Assembly: GCF_964188315.1 (NCBI RefSeq)
Contig: NC_135671.1
Location: forward strand, 35,774,001 to 35,838,000
Origin: Podarcis muralis
Lineage: Eukaryota
Direction of reading: 5' to 3'
Length of the DNA: 64,000 nucleotides
The position numbers and the translations under genes are program-made. The notes beneath the pieces were generated by a model that did not search any database, was not told the DNA's origin, and saw only the letters and a list, made by a program, of their open reading frames with translations. Of the stretch, positions 38,939 to 50,045 are shown piece after piece; within the stretch, counting starts at the first letter, position 1; every line of letters starts with the position of its first letter.

Positions 38939-41583
38939 TGTTGGACAGCTGACTGGGTTCGGTACGTTTCCACAGCTCCAGAATTCCCAGCCAGTAGCAG
39001 AGCGGTGGCGCGTGCCTGATGTGTAAGTGAAGAGAGAGTCCATACGCTGTTTCTTTCTAATCTAAACAGCTTTATTTACACAGACAGATAAAATAACAAA
39101 CACCGTCCGAGACAACAGACATTGCATGTGTCTCTCTTTTTTCTCCGTTGAGTAGTGAAAGTAACTCACAAAGAACTCAGCTCCCGGATGTAGGAAGCTC
39201 CTCCCCAGATGCAGGACACATAGAGGTTAACCCTATAAGCACCAAACCTCATACCCCTTCTTGTCCTGTATCTGGGGGAATGTAAGTATAACCACTTACC
39301 CCAAACACAGACCTTCACAGAACTCCCCATGGCGCTGGAAGGTCAGTGGTTTCGTGAAGCCATCTGCCAAGTTTCAGTTGTACTAATCCCAACCGAACAT
39401 TCTGGCACACATTCTGAAACTGGATGTCTAGGTGTTTGGTTCTGGCCTTAAACTACCCAGACTCCGCCAACTTCAGAAAGGGTTGATTGTCCTCCCAAAC
39501 CGTGACGGGCAAACAATACTCTCCGCAGATCTCTTGAACCAAGCACACATAGAACTCCAATTCCCTGCAAATCTCAGACAGCGTACTGAACTCAGCTTCA
39601 GTAGAGGAGAGCGCTATGAGACTTTGCTTCCGGGACTTCCACCCAACCAAAGAGTCCCCGAACTTCACCACCATACCAGACACGGACTTCCTGTCTGCCA
39701 GATTTGCCCAATCGCTGTCTACCCAGCACGTCAGCTTGACGTCACCCTTGGCTGACAGCTTGAGGCAAAAGTCTTTGGTATCTTGCAGGTAACGCAGCAC
39801 CAGTTTGATACCATTCCAGGCTTGTATGCTTGAGTTTGTAGCTTCCCGGCTGAGCAGATTGGTAGCAAACGCTATATCAGGTCTGCTCCACTGGGACAGA
39901 TACAACAGACTACCCAGAGCTGACTGAAAGAGCTCAGCATTTTCGAACACAGAGCGTTCTACTTGCTGACTGTCTTTCACGTAGCTAGTCTCCATGGGTG
40001 TTCTGACCCCTGCACGTTCAGACATCCTGAACTTCTGATACAACTGCTCAATTTTGCCTTTCTGACTGAGCAAGAAACTTCCATCTTCTGAAAATCTCCA
40101 CACCTAGGAAGAACCTTACTGCACCCAGGTTCTTGAGCTTGAACCGTTTACCAAGGTCTTTGGCAAACTTTTACACCTGTGCACGTGTCTTTGAGACATG
40201 GACTATATCATCAACAAAGATTAAAATCAACTCCTGTGACTCACCTGACCCTTTAAGGTACAGGCAGCTATCAGCAAGACTTCTCTTGAAACCTAGATTC
40301 TCTAAGGATCATTCAGACACAAATTCCAGTTTCTGGCCGATTGCCTCAACCCATAGATCGATTTAGGCAATCGCCAAACGATGACTTGCCCCTTGGCCTC
40401 AAACCCTGGAGGAGGAAGCATGTACAACTCCCCCTGGAGGTCTGAGTTCAAGTAGGCTACATCCACATCAAAGTGATGCACCTTCCAACCTCTTTGTGCA
40501 GCTATGGCTAAGAGCATGCACAGTTTCACTTCTGGAAGTAGAAGCATACACCTCAGTGTAATGCAGCCCCTTCCACTGCGTGAACCCTCTGGCTACTCAC
40601 CTAGCCTTGTACTGCTGTTCTCCAGATTCTGTGGGTTTAAGGCGATAAACCCACCTGCTGCTCACAGCCTGTTTGCCAGCCGGCAATGTTGTGAGGGAAA
40701 ACACACCTAGAGACTCCAATGAGCTCATCTCCTTCTGCATTGCCTCTTGCCATGACCAAAGCCGTCTGACCAAAGCCGTCCAAATCCCATGGCAAGACAA
40801 TAACCCATCAATGTGAGGCAATTGAAACGCCTCAAGAGCCATTACAATATGGGACATAGCTTTCTGGTCCTTCTTAATTGCGGTGTTAACTCTCTCAATC
40901 TCAGCAGCATTTGCCCCAGCAGCTGCCACTGGTGACTCATTTTGGGTGCACTCCCAGTGTTGTTTGCCCAACAGCCAATATTTGATCTGCCCCGACCAGT
41001 CCTCCCAATTGCGGTAGTTCAATTGCTCAAAAGGAACATTGAAAGTCTCATGCGATTGAGATGGATTTTGCTGCGCCATCTTCCCGAGGCTATAAGCTTA
41101 CTCATGCTTTCTGCCGGCCGGTTGCTTCAAAGATGCTTCCTGCAGCAAGCTCCACTTTCACCAGCGAGATCACAGCTGCCTCTGCCCCTTTCCCAGCAGC
41201 AGGCAGGATCTCAGAGCTGGACTCTGCTTTGTCTCATCCTCACACTCAGCACAAACGTGGCCTGGGTCCTTCCATAACCTGTTGGACAGCTGACTGGGTT
41301 CGGTACGTTTCCACTGCTCCAGAATTCCCAGCCAGTAGCAGAGCGGCGGTGTGTGCTTGATGTGTAAGTGAAGAGAGAGTCCATACGCTGTTTCTTTCTA
41401 ATCTAAACAGTTTTATTTACACAGACAGATAAAATAACAAACACCGTCCGAGACAGCAGTGTCTCTCTTTTTTCTCCGTTGAGAAGTGAAAGTAACTCAC
41501 AAACAAAGAACTCCCGGGTGTAGGAAGCTCCTCCCCAGATGCAGGACACATAGAGGTTAACCCTATAAGCACCAAACCTCACA
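38939..41583 (-). mobile_element. Ty1/copia element with two LTRs, internally deleted
   Basis: LTRs at 38939-39253 and 41280-41583, PBS-like ggttatggaaggacccag, PPT aagaagggg, gag N-terminus, RT (SRWVY, DVDVAYL), RNase H (SSTEAEF, KHLDIQF), degenerate 5-bp TSD tgaag/caaag. Confidence 0.92.
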
Positions 41584-41958
41584 CAAAGACCATTTGGTTG
41601 CCTATACTATTCCTGAATCATATATCTACTCTTGGAAGATTTCATTATCTAATTGAAGTCTGGTTACTACTTACAGGGGAGTGATAGTTAATATAAGGCA
41701 AATATAAGATTATGATGCTGATCTTTACTGTAAGTATTAGGGTTAAGATATTTGCTTATGGTAGTTCAGCTAATCCTAGCACATGCAGGTCCCAAATACC
41801 TGAAAGACAGATTGCAGTCCATTTCCCCATTACAGATACCCAACATTTTGGCCAAAGTTTAAAATAGCCCCGAAAGCGCACACACCATCTGTGTGCTCTG
41901 CTATCCAAGTCATGTTGTCTCCCACTCCTGCTACTATAAGGAGTGACAGCAAAAGACA

Positions 41959-42894
41959 CTAATGAAAATGGTGCCTAATGATCCTCTTCAAGGCTGCTTT
42001 CATCTCACTATTCCTGAGACTGTAGATGAAGGGATTCAGCATAGGGGTCACCATGGTATACATGACAGCAGCCACAGTGTCCTTGCGATCCGAGTTGTTG
42101 GAACGTGGCTTGAAATAAACCCAGCTCACAGTACCATAAAACAAGACCACCACAGCAATGTGGGACCCACACGTGGAGAAAGCCTTTTTCTTTCCAGAGT
42201 TGGATGGAATCTTCAGGATGGTGTAGAAAATGCCCATATAGGAGATGACAATCAGCACAAACGGCCCCAGGATCTCCACCACCGCTTCAGTCCGAAGCAG
42301 CATTTCTATGACACTGCTGTCTGAGCAAGAGATCTCCAACACAGGGTAAAGATCGCAGAAGAAATGTGGGATCTCTCTAGAGTCACAGAAAGACATGTGG
42401 GACATCAAAATGGTATAAAGCAGAGAGTGGACAATAGGGATAACCCAGGACACTGTTGCGAGGAGGAGGCAACGCTTACGGCTCATCAGGGCAGAATAAC
42501 GCAGGGGGAAGCAGATGGCCACGTAACGGTCGTAGGCCATGGAAGCCAACAGGAAGCTGTCTGAATTGCCAAAAGACATATAAAAGTACATCTGAACCAG
42601 GCAGGCATGATAGGAGATGGTCTTTTTCTGAGACAACAAGTTTTCTAGCACTTTGGGGATGGTGGTGGAGGTGAAGCCCAAGTCAGCTAAGGCAAGGTGG
42701 CTGAGGAAGAAATACATAGGAGCTTGGAGGAGCCGTAAATCAGAACGGATCAAGAAGATGATTGTTGCGTTCCCCAGAAAGGCCAGCAGGTACATAGAGA
42801 AGAATAGCAGGAAGAGGAGCCCTTGAAACTCTGGTGGGGTTGGGAAGCCACGGAGGAATAACTCAGAGAAGTCTGTTGCATTCCCAGGACTCAT
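41959..42894 (-). CDS. Olfactory receptor OR-C, intact (311 aa)
   Basis: All canonical OR motifs. Confidence 0.97.
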   Translation of the reverse strand: MSPGNATDFSELFLRGFPTPPEFQGLLFLLFFSMYLLAFLGNATIIFLIRSDLRLLQAPMYFFLSHLALADLGFTSTTIPKVLENLLSQKKTISYHACLVQMYFYMSFGNSDSFLLASMAYDRYVAICFPLRYSALMSRKRCLLLATVSWVIPIVHSLLYTILMSHMSFCDSREIPHFFCDLYPVLEISCSDSSVIEMLLRTEAVVEILGPFVLIVISYMGIFYTILKIPSNSGKKKAFSTCGSHIAVVVLFYGTVSWVYFKPRSNNSDRKDTVAAVMYTMVTPMLNPFIYSLRNSEMKAALKRIIRHHFH

Positions 42895-43116
42895 TAGGCT
42901 AAAGAAGAAGAAGAAATGTTTAGGCTAATAAATTCCCCACCCTCTGCTTGCTAGCTGCCCAAACTGAACTATGCGGAAATCCCTCTTTCCTCTCCTCATA
43001 TCATATTCTCCATGTCTGTTTTTGAGATACTGCCAGACATTGATATAGCAAGGGACTTTAAGACTCTGGATTAGAAGCTGAAGGGCCTTAGGGTACAGGT
43101 GGTTTTTTCATCACTG

Positions 43117-43850
43117 CTTCCTATTGAAGGTTGTGGCCCAGGAAGAGAGGTGAAGATACTGGGGGTAAACCAGTGGCTGCTCAGGTGTTGTTGTCAGGAA
43201 TGATTTGGCTTCTTGGACCATAGTTTCTGCTTCCTTCAGGATGGACTTCTGGCAAGAGATAGGTTATACCTCACAGTGGTCGGCAAGAATGTGTTTGCTC
43301 ATCAGGAGAGCTTTAAACTAAATCCTAAGGAGGAGGAAGACAATATTACAGACGAAAGGAAAACACCTGGTAGTGGGGTTAATGGCTTTGTTGATGCACA
43401 GGAAACTGAGGTGGTGCTACAGAAACCTGTTAAAGGGCAGGAAACTACAAGAAGGAAGCAGCTGGACGGAACATCTTGTGGTTTCAGTTGTCTCTATACA
43501 AATGCACAGAGCATGGGGAAAAATGAAGACGAATCTGAACTCTTAATACAGGGTGGTGGCAGATATGACCTAATAGACACTACTGAAACCTGGTGGGATA
43601 AGACACATGATTGGAATGTAGAAATTGGGGGGTACCACCTATTCAAATGGAATGGACCAAACAGAAAGAGTGGAGGGGAGGAGTATTATATGATGTGTAC
43701 ACTTGTGAAGAGATCCATGACCTGGAGCATGGAAGGCAAGTTGAGAATATATGGGAGGAAATAGTACTAGAGAGGAACAACAGTGACCTTACTGTGGGTG
43801 TCTGTTATAGACCTCCAAGCCAGAGACTTGGATGATGCAGTCAGCAGTAT
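43117..43850 (+). mobile_element. CR1 internal fragment (ORF1 end and endonuclease start)
   Basis: DGLLARDRLYLTVVGK and CLYTNAQSMGKN...TETWWDKTHDWNVEIGGY; absent from unit A. Confidence 0.8.
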
Positions 43851-43999
43851 GCTTAAGGAGAGATATCTGCACAAAACATCCAGCCCCTGGCATTTATTTC
43901 TTTTTGCTATGAAAGTTTTAGCAAGCTATCTCCATCATCAGATATGCCAAGAGGTCACATCCACACCAATGTGGATTTAAAGCACATCAGAAAAACATA

Positions 44000-44356
44000 A
44001 AAAATTCCTTCCAGTAGCACCTTAAAGACCAACTAAGTTAGTTCTTGGTATGAGCTTTCGTGTGCATGCACACTTCTTCAGATACACTCATCTGAAGAAG
44101 TGTGCATGCACACGAAAGCTCATACCAAGAACTAACTTAGTTGGTCTTTAAGGTGCTACTGGAAGGAATTTTTTTTGTTTTGACTATGGCAGACCAACAC
44201 GGCTACCCATCTGTAACTGGAACTGTGTATCTGAAGAAGTGTGCATGCACACGAAAGCTCATACCAAGAACTAACTTAGTTGGTCTTTAAGGTGCTACTG
44301 GAAGGAATTTTTTTTGTTTTGACTATGGCAGACCAACACGGCTACCCATCTGTAAC
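44000..44356 (+). mobile_element. Penelope-type repeat array with three hammerhead motifs (one inverted partial copy plus two tandem 139-bp units)
   Basis: 12-bp TSD cagaaaaacata at 43988-43999 and 44357-44368; cores at 44092 and 44231 (+) and about 44047-44087 (-). Confidence 0.88.
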
Positions 44357-45535
44357 CAGAAAAACATAGTAAGTCTCCCCCCCACCCCAAGAATTCTGAG
44401 AACCGTAGTTTGTTAAGGGTGCTGGGAATTGCTTCTCTGTGAGTGGCAAAATACAGTTCCCAGAATTCTTTGGGGCTAGTCATGTGCTTTAATTGTATTG
44501 GGTGAATTTAGCAGATACTGATTAGTAACCATTACATAATTCTCAATAGGTTTCTTGGATGTTAGAAGCTTCTAAGTGGATAACACATTGTTTCACCAAT
44601 CTATGAGCAGTGAGAGATTCCAGAGGTACCAGGCATGCTTAACAGGGTCTGTGTTTACTTTTGGAACAATGAGGCCAAGTGGAGTCCGTGATCTCTTTAT
44701 GAATTCACATCCCAAGAAGGTCCTGTTTCTTCCATTGCTGCAGCCTCAGATTCCCAGAGACTCCAAATATCATGTCTGACCTCTGCTGCAGCTTGAAACA
44801 GACTGCCTGCTTCATGCTTTGCCCCCCCTCCAGCTTCAAAAAGGGACAATTCTTTCCTGTTTGCTTACCTCATTGCCCACTGCAGTTCTGCTCCCCCCTC
44901 CTGAAACTCTGTCCTTTTGTCTCTGCTAATCATCTCTTACCTCAGCGAGGGCTTTCCCCATTTTCTGTCCAGCCCAGACAGAAAATGGCCTTCTTAATGG
45001 GTGTTTCCTGGACATGGAAAAACCGCTTTAAACTCAAGCCCCCATTAGGCCTGGGAATTTAGGGGTTTCCTTACATTCTAACCCTTCACTGAATCCAGAC
45101 ATTTTAGGGGAGCCTTGCTCCCACCCCAAAAACATGAGAATATTCACACTTACTTAAGTAAAGGCACTTCCTGTTTGCTCTCTTGCTCCTGTCAATGTAA
45201 AGAACAAAGGAAGTGGACTTGTTCTGCATAGGACGAAACTGGCCTCCTTCATCTGCTGAGGAGATTAGCTCTGTGTTTTCTGATGCAAGGGAAGCTTTTG
45301 TTCATCTCTGCTTAAGGGTGGTGATCTCCAGGGTCCAAGGAAGACTCAACCAGGTTCCCCCTCCAGAATTAATAGAATGCAATAGCATAAACTCTGGAGA
45401 ATCATCATTCAGAGACCCAACCCATCATTCAGCTTAACAAATTAGCTCGTCCTCATTAATAAGTGTTAGAAAAGTTTTTCCCTTTGAGTATGGATGTTGG
45501 AGGATTCTGGTTTGCTCCACAACTGGGAACAAGTA

Positions 45536-46109
45536 TGAAATATACTCGGAGTCGAGTGTGAATTTCATGCTCTTTATTCAGCTCATAGTAGCAATGAATG
45601 AAACTTTCCCCAAAACGTCTAGCTGTGGTACCTCGGGATGCGAACGGGATCCATTCCGGAGCCCTGTTCACATCCTGAATAGAACGTAAGATGCAATTGT
45701 GCGTCTGCGCATGCGCGGGTCGCGTTTTGCCGTTTCCGTGCATGCGCTTGATGTCATTTTGAGCGTCTGCGATGCGTGAGCTGCGAAACCCAGAAGTAAT
45801 GCATTCCGTTACTTCCGGGTTGCCGCGGAGCACAACCCAAAAGCGCTCAACCTGAAGCACATTCAACACGAGGTAGGAATGTACGTTATTTACACAATGG
45901 GCCCCATGTGATTGGCTAATTCCGGGCTGCTCCTGTAGGCCAATCAGGTTGCTGATTTACTTCATCCAGGAGCCTGATTGGCTGCTCCTGCAGGCCAATC
46001 AGGTCGCTGATTCACCTCCACCTGGAGCTGGATTGGGTGGCTCCTGCAGACCAATCAGACTGCTGCATTCTGGATCCTATTGTTCTAGGACTCAGCTCAG
46101 TACATAACA
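45536..46109 (-). mobile_element. Solo LTR (CCAAT-rich) with nested Tc1/mariner MITE (about 45624-45883)
   Basis: Minus strand TGTTATG...TTTCA, repeated ccaatc boxes, aataaa, flanks aagta/aagca. Confidence 0.8.
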
Positions 46110-46974
46110 AAGCATAATCTCTGGGCGCTGGGGGCGGTCTTTTCAAAGATCAGAACAGATGTGAGGGATAATCTACAAACTGATACCCAAAGGAGATTGA
46201 CAGCACAACAGTACGCAATGGTCTAAAGGCTGCTTCCTTTTTAAACATTTTACATTGGCAAGATTTTGATTTGGAACAGGAGATGGGATGGACTAGGATG
46301 GACTGGGCCCCAGATAGGAGATTCTCCATGTACCAGAGAGGAAGCAACTGGGATCCTGGAATTGTGTTTGAAGCAGCTACAGAAATTGTCAGCAGGGGTT
46401 CAGCTTCTGCACTACTCAGTGAGTTTTGAGGGATACAATGGAAATCGCTTCCATGACTTGCATAAAGGAAGGAGTGGGGAAATGAGAAGAAAAGACTGGG
46501 GGATATATCACCCTCCCTCTTACCCAGTGGTGTGGGGTCATTGAAATAGGGGAACTAGGCTAGTTCCCTAAACGTTTCCCTTGCGCCTCCTTCCTAAAGC
46601 CTGGGAAGCTTCTGCCTGGCTTAGGAAGAGAGGTGCGATGCTCCGAAGGGTCCAAGAGCCCTCCTGCCACCTTCCCAAAGCCCACCTAGCTGTAGGAAGG
46701 AGGCAGCAGAGCTCCAGCATCCTGTTAGAAGCCTGGTGACTCATTCCCAAAGCCCGGGAAGCTTCTGCCCAGCTTAGGGAAGGAGGTACAATGCTCATGG
46801 GCCCAACATCAACACCCCCTCATCGCCTTTGCAAGCTGGTGCCTCTACGAAAAAATTAAACGCACGCCACTGCTCTTACCCCAAGTAGAATTGGAGCCAC
46901 ATTTTTCACCAGCTGCAGCCTCTGGACCATCTTCAAGGACAGCCCCACATAGAGCGCATTAGAGTAGTCCAAAC

Positions 46975-48000
46975 AGAATTGTCCATTAGATAAATTTTGT
47001 GCCCAGCTCCATTTTTTGCAAGACTTGAAATAAATATCTCCATTCTACTCTATCAAACACTTTTCCTGCATATATAAATAACAGTCCATATGGATTGCAT
47101 TGTTTTCTAATTATATAATTAATATTCAGCTAATATTCAGTTAGATGCCATTTTGCTGTTCATAAGAAATGCTGTTTGATCATTCTTTATAGAGTTGTCA
47201 AAAAATGTAAATCTTGCCACCAAATACATGCCCAGTGTTTAAAATATTGATAAAGTAATATGATAGGCTGTAAGACTAAGCTTAAACTGCATATATCCCT
47301 GGTGTGGCAATCTTTGCTTTGCTTCCCCCTCCCCCATGACTGTATTGAGAGATTTTAATAGATGATTAATAAAATTATCTGGAAAATTCTCATAATACTC
47401 AGCTTTAAAGTAATCTGGGCCTCAGCCAGGAGTTTTGCTGCCCCTTTGTCTTTTAATCAACTGAGTTAATTCTGCTATTGTAATTAGGTTTTAAAGAAAT
47501 TTTCTTTCATCAAAAAAATATTTTAGGTAAAACATTTTCTTTACACATAATATTCATTATTTCATAATTGATATCAAAAAGTACTGCTTTGTCAAATCTG
47601 CATTAATTCCAGCACAAAATAAATGAAGTCCAGTTTTGCTATTAAAAAACTTGGGTTCTTTTCTCTTGTAATTGTCATATCTAGTAATTTTATTCAGTAG
47701 GATGGTGTTCCAGTTCCTTCTCAACCACTGATAACATTTTGTTGTATCATTACATGTACAATACAAATTTTCAAAAGCACACACCTGAAAACCAGCCGAT
47801 GCAACATTGGTCCATGATTGTCAAAGATTGACTTCTACCGTTTTTTCTTCTTATTTCTGAAATCACATGTCATGGTCTAAATCTGAATGCACTTTTAACT
47901 TCTGATGGACTCAGAAAAAGTCACATTCCTGCAGGTGTTCTAAAGGAAGGGATAGATGTCTCTTGGGCTTCTGAAATTAAATTTGCTTGGACTGCCGTGC
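46975..48000 (-). mobile_element. Old degraded L1 ORF2 fragment
   Basis: Minus strand reads GKVFDRVEWRYLFQVLQKMELGTKFI (L1 RT motif). Confidence 0.6.
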
Positions 48001-48063
48001 TAAAACTATTGATAATTAACATCTTTTGCGTTGAGTTTTAAAGAAATCTGGGGATTTCAAAGC

Positions 48064-48990
48064 TCATCTTCCACCTTTAATCCCTAGATACTTCCTCAGA
48101 GACTGCTGAATCTCAGAATTCCTCAGGCTGTAAATGAAGGGGTTCAGCATGGGAGTCACAACTGTGTAGGCCACAGACATCACTCAGACCTTGGAGCCAG
48201 AATAGGTGGAGGACGGGCGGACATACACAGCTATAACAGTTCCAAAGAACAAAACGACTGTGGTGAGGTGAGCGCTGCAGGTGGAAAAGGCTTTTCTCTT
48301 CCCAGCAGCTGATGGGATCTTGAGAACCTTGGAGAAAATGAGGATGTAGGACAGAAGGGTGACCATGAAAGGTCCCACCATGGTCACAGTGCCCTCAGTG
48401 AGGGTCGTCATCTGGATTGCTGAGGTGTCTGAGCAGGAGAGCTTGATCAAGGGATGGAGGTCACAGAAGAAATGGGGGATCTCCCCGGAGGCACAGAAGG
48501 AAAGGAAGGACATCATCAGGGTGTAGAGCAACGAGTGGAGAAAGCCTAGGACCCAACAGCCTGTAGCCAACAAGAGGCAGTGTTTTGCGTTCATCAGCGC
48601 AGCATAGCGAAGTGGGTGGCAAATGGCCACAAAGCGATCATAAGCCATGGAGGCCAGGAGAAAACTTTCAGTGTTTCCAAACCCCAGGAAGAAAAACATC
48701 TGTGTCAGGCACCCTCGATAGGAGATGTGCTTGGTATGAGTCAATAGGTTCTGCAGCATCTTAGGGACAGTGGTGGAGGAAAATCCCATATCGGCTAATG
48801 AGAGATGACTGAGGAAGAAATACATGGGGGAGCAAGAGAGCCGGACATCGCGGTAGATGAGCAGGACAATCACTGAGTTGCCCAGTAGAGTCAGCAGGTA
48901 CATGAAGAGGAAGCCAGGGATGAGGAGACACTCGTATCCTGACTGGTTTGAGACAAGACCCTGCAGGATGAATCCATCGGGATACGTCAT
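48064..48990 (-). pseudogene. Olfactory receptor broken by one in-frame TGA (48184-48186)
   Basis: Past the stop the frame continues [39 protein letters not shown] to a TGA at 48064-48066; I saw no other lesion. Confidence 0.92.
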
Positions 48991-50045
48991 GTTGCCCTGA
49001 GGCTGAGAAAGAGTGGGGGGGAAAGAACTGACGGCATGTTCCCCTTGTACACTTGATAGTAACAAGAATACAAGAGGACACTCCACAGAAGGAATGACAA
49101 AGCAAACACATTTCCTTTCCCCATGCTTCCAATGCCAGCAGTGGTGAGGAGGCAGGTGAGTTCCCCTGGTGTGTTTGCATCTCCCAACTGCAAAAGCCTG
49201 GGAACAAGAAATGTAAAATCATTTGTGTTTTCCTCTCTCAATTTTTCTGGGGATCGCACCTAAATCCGGAGGTTATCACTTGGCTCTCCTAGTCCCAATT
49301 GTGGAAAAGGTATATATTTATCAAATGGCACACTTGTAGGTCACACCAAAGATGGTAGTGTGCATGGGAGATCACACTCGGTATGTGCACACTAGCAGGA
49401 AATGTGGTGATGGGGCCCTTCAGTGATTGTGGGGCCCAGAATCATTGATACTAGGGCCCTTCTATAGATTCTGGGGGCCAGAAAATGTCCAGCCTTGCCC
49501 ACTGCTGGTGCCGGTCACTTCTGAAGTTGTGTTGGGGGGAAACTGGTAGAAAACAGGTGGGGACAGGATGGCTAATAAACAGGTATGATGGGGTTTGTAG
49601 TGTAACAGCATCTGGAGAACCACAGGCTAGCCACACACCCCCTGCTTTATAGCAAAGTGGGTTTGGGGGGTTACTTTTTACCACAAATGGACCACACAGG
49701 TAAGGCAAGCAGAGGCTTTCCCACCCCCCATTTTCTCTCACCGTGCACTCCAATGCATGCAGCACTTTTTGACCCCATCCTGCATCAATTTCTGGGAGGG
49801 TTGGGACTTGGGAGTCTGCAGCAAAGGAATGTATGGGGGTGGGGGAGATCCTAAGCAACCCTGTTGAGGCCAAGCGTCAGCCTCCTTCCTATTTTAGACG
49901 TGAATGGGGAGTGGGAATATGAGAATAGCAAGAATGGCTTCCGCCATCTGTCTCAGGTAAACGATTCAGAGCTTTCCCATATTCCAACAGAATATTAAAA
50001 TACAATAGTCTGTTAAGCATTAAAAGCTTCCCTAAACAGGGCTGC

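Larger units (their letters stand above)
33092..46895. repeat. Segmental duplication unit C (carries OR 41959-42894)
   Basis: Starts ggtaaaggctgttctccaac, as at 25010; homology to A ends near 46895. Confidence 0.9.

Noticed and set aside
18135-42674. Plus-strand ORFs repeated antisense to OR-A, OR-B and OR-C
   Set aside because: Shadow frames of OR coding sequence.
21110-45437. 74-aa plus-strand ORF (MDLFCIGRNWPP...) nearly identical in all three units
   Set aside because: Starts at GTG, has no recognisable domain, and its conservation is explained by the recent duplication and the overlapping candidate minus-strand OR promoter.
48991-49086. 31-aa N-terminal extension of the 48184-49086 ORF
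   Set aside because: Starts at GTG and runs through a polypyrimidine tract and splice acceptor, so it is intronic.
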